Assembly (NCBI RefSeq): GCF_009914755.1
Contig: NC_060930.1
Reading direction: 5' to 3' (one strand)
DNA: 64,000 bases
From: the human T2T-CHM13v2.0 reference genome, Homo sapiens
Under the pieces are notes generated by a model that worked only from the letters and a program-made list of their open reading frames with translations, was not told where the DNA came from and made no database searches. Both the position numbers and the translations under genes were made by a program. Of this stretch, positions 44,561 through 57,718 are shown in pieces. The first letter of the stretch is position 1. Each line of letters starts with the position of its first letter.

Positions 44561-46236
44561 TAAATCAACCACAAAAGGTTAGACCTTTCTAGCACCGAGT
44601 AATTTATAGGAAAATCCAGATTCTGATCATTAAGGGACAGTGTCTAGCATCAGATCAGTGCCTGACTTTAAAACCTGGCACTGCTACTTCCTAGCTATGT
44701 GAACTTGGGGAAGTTACTCTTCAAACCTCAGTTTCCCCATCTCTAAAATAGGGATAATAGTGGCCTTCTGTATAGGGTTATGAAAATGAAGTTGATACTT
44801 ATAAAAACTTAGAACAGGACATGGCACTCAGGAAGCATATCAATCTTTGTTAAGGAAAAGTAGAATGTGAAAACAATGTAGCAGAAGAAGCCTTTCCTAT
44901 AAAGGTTAAAAATGTATACTGTAGTAATCACATTTTATGTCATCTTTGCATCCCAAATCACCTCCTGATCTTGCCTATGCCGGTAGTAGCAAACACCCCA
45001 TAAATTCATTTTAAGCAAAACCAAAGTGTCAAAGTGCTAATGTAACATATCACTCCTAACACACTTGATTTGTTCATTTCCAAACACTGCATATGGTGGT
45101 TTTAATAATTCAGATGAAAGTTTTCTTAAGGTATTCCTGATACCTGATTGAAGAGTTTATTAATATTGTTCAAATATATCCACAGCATAGCTTCCAGTTG
45201 ATCAACTTCTGTCACCTGACCACTGAAACCTCTAGGAAATCTTTGTATAAGAAACATGCAATTCCACTCCTATGATTGCACTGCATTGCAAATCGACTCC
45301 CACTATTGGACTGGCCCTTACTGCTTACCCTAGAAAGAGGGAGAAGTCTGCAGGGTTGAGAGTCTGGGAGATGGGTTTTGTTCACGACCCCCAATAAAGA
45401 CAAATTCTCCCACATTTGACCAATCCTAAAAGAGGAATCACACTTGGGGAAGGAAGGAAACATTTTTTTTCTAAGCCTGTTGTTGGGATTCATAAGAACT
45501 TAGAACTCTGAACTGGGCTGTTGTTGAGTAAAACCATTTTTGCTGGCTTGCTAGGGAAAGAAGGATGATGTTATGATTTGCTTTGCTTGAGTAGTACATT
45601 GTGGATAAGGGATAGAATGGAAGAAATAAAAAATGTTATCACCAGAAACTCAAGTCCTAAAATAAAACTTAGTTCAATATATAAATAAATATGCTAAGCA
45701 AATTATGTCTTGTTTGTTAAGCAGCGTTATTTCCCCAAAGAACAGTCTTTACATTCAAACTGGGACATCAAAGTTATGCTAATAAGAGGTTCGACCACCA
45801 AGCCAGCTGGTCTGTACTTTAACTTAGTATTTGAATTTCAATCCTAAAATACAGAAGGGGTTGGTTGTAGGTTGTTTTCAACTGCAAGTTTCAGTTTTTG
45901 CATCTCCGAAGGAAAGGATTTTAAGATGAAAAGAGACATTATAAATATTTGAATCCAAGACCTTTATCATTACGGGGAGTAAAATCAGGCCCACAGGGTC
46001 CTTCCCTCTGCACAGCTTCCCTCCCGAGCCAAAGTTGCCTCACTCCACACATCTCCCAATAAGCAGGTTTGCTTTTTCACTTGTACACAGAATATTCCCT
46101 TCTTTCACCTCCCAAGGCTTCACCCTATCAACTTAGCAGGTGCTCCCCACCCTACAAGAGCAGACCTGTGTGAGTAAATTTCCTTCCTTCCAGCCTCTAA
46201 TATTGTTAGAGTCAGACTACCCATGCCACAGTCTGA

Positions 46237-46554
<318 letters not shown>

Positions 46555-48345
46555 TCACACTCTGATTTTCTTTTCTACTCTTCTTGTACTGGTCAATCTT
46601 TAAGGCATTTTATAGTCAAAGTTCCTAGTGCAGTTGTTGCCTCTGCAACCACTTCTTCTGGCCTATGTGACTCATACATTTTGACCCTAGACGGATTTCT
46701 ACTTGAGTTGAAAATCAGATATAATGTCCCTCCGCCTCACTCCAGCTCTCCATGAATGCTCCAGTATGGCTCATCTCCCTGGCCTTGTGGGAAAGAAAAA
46801 GGGGCAACCAAGCTGGTAATTTTATCAATGTTACATATTATATCATTCAATCTGCATAGACATCCCATGAGATAGGAGTCATATCCACATTACAGGTGAG
46901 ACACAGGCCTGGCACCATGGCATAGACAGGACTGATATTCAAAACCCAGGTATATCTGACGCATGAGCCCTCACCTTTCACTGCACTATGCTGCCTCCCA
47001 GGGTGAAGTAAAAATTATCAACCCCATCTTTCTGAATCTTGATTGCTTCTTTGAATATAAATATCTTGAATATGTCTCTCCATCAACCCCCACTCCTCAT
47101 CATGGGGTCCTAGAAAGGGAAACAAGTAGAAATTGAGGAGAAATATGTTGCAACAGTATATTTGTGATGGTCTAGGTTTCAAGCATCTGTCCACACCTCC
47201 ACTCCTCCTTCTCCAAAGGATGGAAGGGTAAGAGTGAGATGCAGTGTATGCACTAGTTCCCAGCTCAGGATCCAAGGCCACATGCCTGAGAGCCAGTCCA
47301 GGCTCCCCACTGACTCGTGGTGTGGCCTTAGTCAAATTACTTTATCTTTCTGTGCCACTGCTCCTAATGTGTAAAATTGGCACGATCCTGACATCATAAG
47401 GTTATTCTGAGAATTCAACAAGAAAATATACATAAATTCCATAGAACAGTGCCTGGAACATCATAAGCATTCAGTAAACAGGAAGTATTACTTCTCTCCC
47501 TTCCCTCACCAATAATAAGGCTCTCCTAGAGGAGCTTTCATATAGATTTATCCTGGACAAGAACATTTTCAAGTAAAACTGAGTTAAAGTCAGAGAATGT
47601 CAAAAGCAGCTAGAAAGGTGCTCAAGTCTCTAAGAGGGTTCAAGGAAAGGAGGCATAAAGAAGAACACCTTTGTCTCTTCAAGGCAAAGGTGGGAAGGTT
47701 TCATTTGTGTTGAAAGATTTTAAGATTTCTTTAAGTTGCTTTCACCTGGAGCCAAGATCTCCTAATTTATCTCACAGCCACCAGTTCTTTCACCTCCCCC
47801 AGCCTGAAATCATCCAAGTAAAAGATACTCATAAAAAGGTAGACACATACCGCTTCCCCTTCTGTCTTGATTATCATCTAGGAACCATTACCGGTGTCAT
47901 CCAGGCTATCCAGGGAGAGACAGCAGGTCAGGCTCTGAGACATGCCTTCCATCCCCACCTCATCTAACCTATGCCCCTGATAAGGGCCAAAGGGCTATGT
48001 TCCTTCATTCCTTTGCTTCCCCAAACCTCAGTCTCCAATATCCTTATTTATCTTCTAGGTTTTTGCAATCGCCTGTGTGTTTTCTCATTCAAGAAACTTG
48101 AGTAATTGTTTACAAACCAGAATGTCCTCTGTACTGAGCAGAAGAACCCTGCAGTCCTTTGACCAGGAAAGCAACATGTCAAATATAAAGAGCACTGTCT
48201 CGAGAATTAGAGAGCCAGGCCTTGGCTTCCCTCTAACCCTACTGGCCATGTGACTTCGGGCAAGTCACCCTTCCTTCCTGTGCCTCAGCTTCATCTTCTG
48301 TGTAATGAGAGGACTGGACTAAGTGAATCTCCTCTAACCGTGACT

Positions 48346-48423
48346 TACACACAAACACACACACACAGACACACACAGACACAAACACACACACACAAAC
48401 ACACACACACACACATACACACA
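48346..48423. repeat. Interrupted (CA)n
   Basis: Direct observation. Confidence 0.9.
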
Positions 48424-49260
48424 TTGCCCATGATCTTTATTGCTCTCCAATTTGTAAATTTTCCAAAAAATAAAATGAAAACAAACACTATATTACTAAA
48501 GCCTAGTAAGCCCTAGTCCTGGAACAGTGCCTTGAACATGGTGTTCAAATATATATAATTAAATAAAAACATCACAAGTTAAGCAGCTGAATAACAAGTC
48601 TTTGTAAAGATTATTTTCTAGTTTTTCCTTTGCCTTGAGATTCCTTAAGGGTGAACCTGGTTACAAACTTATCCCAAACTTCCCTCATTTCAGAATAGGA
48701 TAGCATGTTTACTTCATATAATGTATTTCCCTGCTTTAGCCAAATTCCAACTAATTCAGAATTGGGCAGACTGACCATTTAGCTTCTCTTTAGGCAAATA
48801 ATGCAACATATGGATAACAATAACTCTCAACCAAGAGATAAGGTACCAAACAGCAGAACAAAGAGGGAGAAATATCATCTAAGACAGAGAATAATGCCTC
48901 TCTAATTTAATATCTCTCATAAGCATTTTTAAAGGAAGAAATTTGTGGTTGTCATGGCTAAAGATATACCCTGTGGACAAGAGCGCTGCCTGGGCCCCTG
49001 GAAAGCCACCTTCTTCCCAGCAGAGCACTTAGCCTATAACCTGCATGTGAAACCAGACTTGGACATTGCCTTTCTAGAAGTGAAATAAATTATTTCTATA
49101 ACCCCAGCCTCTACCCGTATATGAGCGACAGTTTTCTCCATTCACAAGTATCACTTTTAGATTATCTTGTAAAACTTAAGCACATAGTCCCAACAAATTA
49201 CAAAGATGCACTGATCTGTGGTAAACACATAACTTAAGAAAGTTTTTACTGGGGAGAGTT

Positions 49261-52200
49261 ATGTCCCTGTCTGACAGCTCTAAAGAGAGCAGTGGTTCTC
49301 CCAGCATGGCGTATGAGCTCTGAGAAGGGACAGACTGCCTCCTCAAGTGGGTCCCTGACCCCCGTATAGCCTAACTGGGACTCACCTCCCAACAGGGGCC
49401 AACAGACACCTCACAAAGGCAGCTGCCCCTCCCGGATGAAGCTTCCAGAGGAAGGATCAAGCAGCAATATTTGCTGTTCTGCAATATTTGCCGTTCTGCA
49501 ACATCCACTGGTGATACCCAGGCAAACAAGGTCTGGAGTGGAACTCCAGCAAAATCCAACAGACCTGCAGCTGAGGGACCTGACTGTTAGAAGGAAAACT
49601 AACAAACAGAAATGAATAGCATCAACATAAACAAAAAGGTCATCTACACCAAAACCCCATCTGTAGGTCACCAACATCAAAGACCAAAGGTAGATAAAAC
49701 CACAAAGATGGGGAGAAATCAGAGCAGAAAAGCTGAAAATTCTAAAAATCAGAGCGCATCTTCTCCTCCAAAGGATCACAGCTCTTTGCCAGCAATGGAA
49801 CAAAGCTGAAAGGAGAATGACTTTGAGGAGTTGACAGAAGTAGGCTTCAGAAGATCAGTAATAACAAACTTCTCCGAGCTAAAGGAGCATGTTTGAACCT
49901 ATCGCAAGGAAGCTAAAAACCTTGAAAAAAAAGTTAGACTAATGGCTAACTAGAATAAACAGTGTAGAGAAGACCTTAAATGACCTGATGGAGCTGAAAA
50001 CCATGGCACGAGAACTTCGAGACACATGCACAAGCTTCAATAGCTGATTTGATCAAGTGGAAAATAGGGTATCAGTGATTGAAGATCAAATTAATGAAAT
50101 AAAGCGAGATGACAAGGTTAGAGAAAAAAGAGTAAAAAGAAACAAACAGAGCCTCCAAGAAATATGGGACTATGTGAAAAGACCAAATCTACATTTGATT
50201 AGTGTACCTGAAAGTGATGGGGAGAATGGAACCAAGTTGGAAAACACTCTTCAGAATATTATCCAGGAGAACTTCCCCAACCTACCAAGGCAGGCCAACA
50301 TTCAAATTCAGGAAATACAGAGACCACAAAGATACTCCTCGAGAAGAGCAACCTCAAGACACATAATTGTCAGATTCACCAAGGTTGAAATAAAGGAAAA
50401 AGTGTTAAGGGGAGCCAGAGAGAAAGGTCAGGTTACCCACAAAGGGAAGCCCATCAGACTAACAGTGGATCTTTTGGCAGAAACCCTATAAGCCAGAAGA
50501 GAGTGGGGGACAATATTTAACATTCTTAAAGAAAATAATTTTCAATCCAGAATATCATATCCAGCCAAACTAAGCTTATAAGTGAAGGAGAAATAAAATC
50601 CTTTACAGACAAGCAAATGCTGAGAGATTTTGTCACCACCAGGCCTGCCTTACAAGAGCTCCTGAAGGAAGCACAAAACATGCAGAGAAACAACCAGTAT
50701 CAGCCACTGCAAAAACATGCCAAACTGTGAAGACTGTCGATGCTATGAAGAAACTGCATCAATTAACGGGCAAAATAACCAGCAAACATCATAATGACAA
50801 GATCAAACTCACACATAACAATATTAACCTTAAATGTAATTGGGCTAAATGCCCCAATTAAAAGACACAGACTGGCAAATTGGATAAAGAGTCAAGACCC
50901 ATTGTTGTGCTGTATTCAGGAGACCCATCTCACACGCACACACACACATAGGCTCAAAATAAGGGGATGGAGGAAGATCTATCAAGCAAATGGAAAGCAA
51001 AAAAAAAGTAGGGGTTGCAATCCTAGTCTCTGATAAAACAGACTTTAAACCAACAAAGATCAAAAGAGACAAAGAAGGCCATTACATAATGGTAAAGGGA
51101 TCAATTTGACAAGAAAAGCTAACTATCCTTAATATATATGCACCAAATACAGGAGCACCCAGATTCATAAAGCAAGTCCTTAGAGACATACAAACAGACT
51201 TAGACTCCCACACAATAATAATGGGAGACTTTAACACCCCATTGTCAGTATTAGACAGATCAACGAAACAGAAGGGTAACAAGGATATCCAGACTTGAAC
51301 TCAGCTCTACAACAAGCAGACCTAATAGACATCTACAGAACTCTGCACCCCAAATCAACAGAATATACATTCTTCTCAGCACCACATCACACTTTTTCTA
51401 AAATTGACCATATAATTGGAAGTAAAGCACTCCTCAGCAAATATAAAAGAACAGAAATCACAACAAACTGTCTCTCAGACCACAGTGCAATTAAATTAGA
51501 ACTCAGGATTAAGAAACTCACTCAAAACCACACAACTACATGGAAACTGAATAACCTGCCCCTGAATGACTACTGGGTAAATAACAAAATGAAGGCAGAA
51601 ATAAAGATGTTCTTTGAAACCAATGAGAACAAAGACACAACGTACCAGAATCTCTGGGACACATTTAAAGCAGTGTGTAGAGGGAAATTTATAGCACTAA
51701 ACACCCACATGAGAAAGCAGGAAAGATCTAAAATCAACACCCTAACATCACAATTAAAAGAACTAGAGAAGCAAGAGCAAACACATTCAAAAGCTAGCAG
51801 AAGGCAAGAAAAAAGCAAAATCAGAGCAGAACTGAAAGAGATAAAGACACAAAGAACCCTTCAAAAAATCAATGAATCCAGGAGCTGGTTTTTTGAAAAG
51901 ATCAATAAAATTGGTAGACCATTAGCAAGACTAATAAAGAAGAAGAGAGAAGAATCAAATTGATGCAATAAAAAATGATAAAAGGGATATCACCACCGAT
52001 CCCACAGAAATACAAACTACCATCAGAGAATACTATAAACACCTCTATGCAAATAAATTAGAAAATCTAGAAGAAATGGATAGATTCCTGGACACATACA
52101 CCCTCCTAAGATTAAACCAGGAGGAAGTTGAATCTCTGAATAGACCAATAACAGGCTCTGAAATTGAGGCAATAATTAATAGCCTACCCACCAAAAAATG

Positions 52201-54831
52201 TCCAGGACCAGATGGATTCACAGCCAAATTCTACCAGAAGTACAAAGAGGAGCTGGTACCATTCCTTCTGAAACTATTCCAATCAACAGAAAAAAAGGGA
52301 ATCCTCCCTAACTCATTTTATGAGGCCAGCATCATCTTGATACCAAGGCCTGGCAGAGACACAACAAAAAAAGAGAATTTTAGACCAATATCCCTGATGA
52401 ACATCAATGGGAAAATCCTCAATAAAATACTTGCAAACCAAATCCAGCAGTACATCAAAAAGCTTATTCACCATGATCAAGTCAGCTTCATCCCTGGGAT
52501 GCAAGGCTGGTTCAACATATGCAAATCAATAAATGTAATCCATCACATAAACAGAACCAACGACAAAAACAACATTATCTCAATAGATGCAGAAAAGGCC
52601 TTCGACAAAATTCAACAGCGCTTCATGCTAAAACCTCTCAATAAACTAGGTATTGATGGAATGTATCTCAAAATAATAAGTGCTATTGATGACAAACCCA
52701 CAGCCAACATCATACTGAATGGGCAAAAACTGGAAACTTTCCCTTTGAAAACTGGCACAAGACAAGGATGCCCTCTCTCACCACTCCTATTCACCATAAA
52801 GTTGGAAGTTCTGGCCAGGGCAATCAGGCAAGAGAAAGAAATAAAGGGTATTCAATTACGAAATGAGGAAGTCAAATTGTCCCTGTTTGCAGATGACATG
52901 ACCATATATTTAGAAAATCCCATCATCTCAGCCCCAAATCTCCTTAAGCTGAGGATATAAAATCAATGTGCAAAAATCACAAGCATTCCTATACACCATT
53001 AACAGACAAATGAGAGCCAAATCATGAGTGAACTTCCATTCACAATTGCTATAAAGAAAATAAAATACCTAGGAATCCAACTTACAAGGGATGTGAGGGA
53101 CCTCTTCAAGGAGAACTACAAACACTGCTCAACGAAATAAGAGGACACAAATAACTGGAAGAATATTCCATGCTCATGGATAGGAAGAATGAATATTGTG
53201 AAAATGGCCATACTGCCCAAAGTAATTCATAGATTCAATGCCATCCCCATCAAGCTACCAATGATTTTCTTCACGGAATTGGAAAAAACTACTTTAAAGT
53301 TCATATGGGACCAAAAAAAGGGTCTGCATTGCCAAGACAATCCTAAGCAAAAAGAACAAAGCTGGAGGCATCACGCTACCTGACTTCAAACTATACTACA
53401 AGGCTATAGTAACCAAAATAGCATGGTACTGGTACCAAAACAGATATATAGACCAATGGAACAGAACATAGGCCTCAGAAATAACACCACACACATCTAT
53501 AACCACCTGATCTTTGACAAACCTGACAAAAACAAGAAATGGGGAAAGGATTCCCTATTTAATAAATGGTGTTGGGAAAACTGGCTAGCCACATGTAGAA
53601 AGCTGAAACTGGATCCCTTCCTTACACCTTATACAAAAATTAATTCAACATGGATTAAAGATTTAATGTTAGACCTAAAACCATAAAAACTCTAGAAGAA
53701 AACCTAGGCAATACCATTCAGGACATAGGCATGGGCAAGGACTTCATGACTAAAACACCAAAAGCAATGGCAACAAAAGCCAAAATTGACAAATGGGATC
53801 TAATTAAACTAAAGAGCTTCTGCACAGCAAAAGAAACTATCATCAGAGTGAACAGGCAGCCTACGGAATGGGAGAAAATTTTTGCAGTCTACCCATCAGA
53901 CAAAGGGCTAATAACCAGAATCTACAAAGAACTGAAACAAATTTACAAGAAAAAAACAAACAACCCCATCAAAAAGTGGGCAAAGGATATGAACAGACAC
54001 TTCTCAAAAGAAGACATCTATGCAGCCAACAGACACATGAAAAAATGCTCATCATCACTGGTCATCAGAGAAATGCAAATCAAAACCACAATGAGATACC
54101 ATCTTACTCCAGTTAGAATGGCAATCATTAAAAAGTCAGGAAACAACAGATACTGGAGAGGATGTGGAGAAATAGGAATGCTTTTATGTTCCTATATTCC
54201 CACTCCTAATGTGGGAGTGTAAATTAGTTCAACCATTGTGGAAGACAGTGTGGCGATTCCTCAAGGATCTAGAACTAGAATTATCATTTGACCCAGCAAT
54301 CCCATTACTGGTTATACACCCAAAGGATTATAAATCATGCTACTATAAAGATACATGCACACATATGTTTATTGCAGCACTATTCACAATAGCAAAGACC
54401 TGGAAAAAACCCAAATGTCCATCAATGATAGACTGGATTAAAAAAATGTGGCACATATACACCATGGAATACTATGCAGCCATAAAAAAGATGAGTTCAT
54501 GTCCTTTACAGGGACATGGATGAAGTTGGAAACCATCATTCTCAGCAAACTATCACAAGGACAGAAAACCAAACACCGCATGTTCTCACTCATAGGTGGG
54601 AACTGAACAACGAGATTACTTGGACACAGGGTGGGGAACATCACCCACCGGGGCCTGTTGGGGGGTGGCGGACTCGGGGAAGGATAGCATTAGCAGAAAT
54701 ACCTAATGTAAATGATGAGTTGATAGGTGCAGCAAACCAACATGGCACATGTATACCTATGTATCAAATCTGCATGTTGTGCACATGTACCCTAGTGCTT
54801 AAAGTGTAATTTTAAAAAAAGAAAAAAAAAA
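49261..54831 (+). mobile_element. Near full-length, 5'-truncated, disabled LINE-1 (L1PA, roughly PA5-PA7), antisense to TNFRSF21 in intron 3
   Basis: Partial 5'UTR, ORF1 ATG at 49708 (MGRNQSRK), ORF2 start at 50794, endonuclease and RT fragments (LFADDM at ~52885), 3'UTR and A-tail. Multiple stops and frameshifts. Confidence 0.95.
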
Positions 54832-55704
54832 TGTCTCACATTCTCCCTAAAAGCACACAGAGTTATTACACATTCTCTTGGTTTTCCCCCAACCCTGTGA
54901 CCTAATTTAAATAGAAATTTTCACTAACCTGCCCTCACACGTTCAAAAGCCTGGGGGAAAGCTCTTTCATGTTGCAGTGAGCACACAATCCTTCAGTGGC
55001 ATCAGGTTGGCATTGAGCCTGGCCTCTTCCCTCTGACTGGCAGCGCAGTGTTCTCCACCCTACAGCACATTGCAGGACCCCTCAGGCCAGTGTTTTTCCT
55101 GATAGACACCAGGAAGACAGTAGGCACACTCAGGTAAGGCACAGATAAATTGTCACACTGATCAAAATCTGGTGGCCCTTCTGTGATGGGTTCAAGTCTC
55201 CTGATTTTACAAAGAAAGACGAGATCCAAAGAGAGAAAGTGCCTTGCCTGAGATCATCCAGCCTTTTAGTAGCTGAATGGATTTGAACCTGAGCTCTCCC
55301 AGACCCCCTCCTCTCTTCTCTATGGCTCCAGTTTGGCAAAGAGATGAGTTGTAGCAGGTACATGGCAGGTACACCTGTGAGGTGGACCCATACATAAGAT
55401 GGAGTCTCCTGGTGAAAGCCGACATCTGTTAGGAGATGGAGGAAGCATAGAACAATTTTTAAGAGAAAATACAAGGACAGCTGCCACCTTTTTTGCTCCC
55501 ACTCATAGCTGATGGTTCTCCTTTGTTACTTACCCCTTCAGCAGACTTAGAAATAGTTACTGCTAGAGGAAAAACTGAGCTCGAACTGTTGAAATTCGAG
55601 AAAGCCTCCAAGAATCAAACTGTTTATCCAAGCTGTGCAAGCCAGCAGAAGGTGAAAGAGAAGAAGCTGCTAAGAGATGACAAGTCTATGGCATAGACCA
55701 GATG

Positions 55705-55910
55705 CTGGTAGGCGACAACCTGCAGGACAAACCACCTGTTCTTGCAAATAAAGCTTTGTTGGAACACAGCCACACCCATAATTTACATGGTGTCTCTGGC
55801 CACTTTCACACTACTACACTTTCAAACAGAGTGGAGTAGTTGCAGCCTATAATCCTAAAATATCTCCTAGATTCTCTTAAAATATCTCCTAACTTGCTGA
55901 CCCATGGTAT
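55705..55910 (-). mobile_element. MER58-type element
   Basis: aaataaagctttgttggaacacagccacacc motif. Confidence 0.6.
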
Positions 55911-56132
55911 AGATAGCTTAGGGAAAATATTGTTTTGGACAGCATAGATTTATATCCAAGTCTAAAGCCACTGAAGAGTCTTGCTTGATGATCTCAGAGG
56001 CTCTGCCCATTTGAGAGAGCACTGCCTACATGTGTAAATTAATTAAGCTAATAATCATATCTGGTATGGAGGGAAACCCATCTTCCTAATAAGCTCCTTT
56101 AAGGTGGCAGTGTTGCTCCTACCTAAGTACAG

Positions 56133-56449
56133 TTTTTTTGGTTTTGTTTTGTTTTGTTTTGTTTTTTTGAGATGGAGTTTTTCTCTTGTTGCCCAGGCTG
56201 AAGTACAGTGGCACGATCTTGGCTCACTGCAACCTCTGCCTCCTGAGTTCCAGTGATTCCCCAGCCTCAGCCTCCTGAGTACCTGGGATTACAGGCGCCC
56301 GCCACCACGCCTGGTTAATTTTATATTTTTAGTAGAGACAGAGTTTCGCCAAGTTGGCCAGGCTGGTCTTGAACTACTGACCTCAAATGATCGGCCTGCC
56401 TCGGCCTCCAAAGTGCTGGGATTACAGGCGTGAGCCACTGCGCCCAACC
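56133..56449 (-). mobile_element. AluS
   Basis: TSD cctaagta(c/t)ag. Confidence 0.92.
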
Positions 56450-57509
56450 CCTAAGTATAGTATTTTAAAGGAGAATGTTTCTTTCTTGCTAGTGGTCATT
56501 TCTGTGACTTAATCGGGAAACAAACTGAGACTGCCAGAGAGGAAGGAGGTGATGATGTCAGTGGTGAGGATGATGATGATCCATCCTCTGCATCATCTCC
56601 AGCGTTTGCACCCTCGTCCTCATCACTGCTATCACTTGTGAACTGTGGACCATGTGGCCAGCAATGTCCCAAGCACTGGGCACACACTCATGTATGTAAT
56701 CCTCACTACAGCCTGTGTACTATTAGTATCCCTGTATTACACATGAAGAAACTAAAGCACAGAGTGGTTAAGTAACTTGCCCTGGCTCACGCAGCTGGTA
56801 AGCAAAGGGAAACCAGACTCCAGAGTCTTTGTTCCTAACTGCATATTCTAATGCATTTTTTAAAATTTTCTAACATTATAAACAGAGGCCCAGAGAAGTA
56901 AAAGGTTTTAACTGAGAGTCCATGACTAGGAAATGGCAAATCCAGAATTTTAGAACCCAGGTTTATGAATTTCTAGTCTATGATGCTTCTTTCTTACCCA
57001 AAAGCTTCATCTCCTGTGCCTCCCTCACTCCCACTTCAGCCCAACCACATTACTCCTACAAGCATCTCATGCTTGTCTGCTAACGCCACGCACAAGGTTA
57101 ATCCATTTCCACACTAGTTAAACACGAGCACCTAAGCATTTACGAAGCTGCCTTGGCCTTTGAATTAGCAGGGTTCTCTCTCTTGGCATCACCCTGCTCT
57201 CCAGTGTCCATGGGCTGATGTGTTTCACTTTGAAATAAGCAAATCAGATGAGGGATGTCAGCAATCTTTTCCTAGTCAGTTTTTGCATATTTTAAAGCAG
57301 TGCTATTATGGAAGCTTCCTTTAGCTCTGAAAAATAATTCTTACCATCTATGGCAATTTAGTATAAAGAACCCACCTGAAGGTCTCTATGTTTAAATCCC
57401 TAACACCAACATCAGTATAAATCAACAAGAAAAAAACCAATCCAATGTCTTTAAAACAATCTGGCCTTTAAAAGCATATGTAGATTACTTAGTTTATGGA
57501 TGCTTTACA

Positions 57510-57718
57510 CCAGTGCTATCCAAGAGAACTTTGTATGATGATGGCAATGTCCTTTATCTGTCCTATCCAATATGGTAACCACAAGCTATGTGCGGCTACT
57601 GAGTACTTAAGATGTGGCTGGTGCAACTGAGGAACTGAATTTTTAACTTCAGTTAATCTTAGTTTTAAATTAAATAGCTCATGAGGCTAGTGGTTACCAT
57701 ATGTGCTAGCTCAGCTCT
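57510..57718. mobile_element. MER3-type hAT element
   Basis: cagtgctatccaagagaactttgtatgatgatggcaatgt...gaggaactgaattttt. Confidence 0.7.

Noticed and set aside
49261-49700. L1 antisense promoter driving a truncated DR6 transcript
   Set aside because: The element begins midway through the 5'UTR, so the usual antisense start region appears to be missing.
49708-54600. L1 ORF1/ORF2 fragments as functional genes
   Set aside because: Multiple stops, frameshifts and a deletion; retrotransposition-incompetent.
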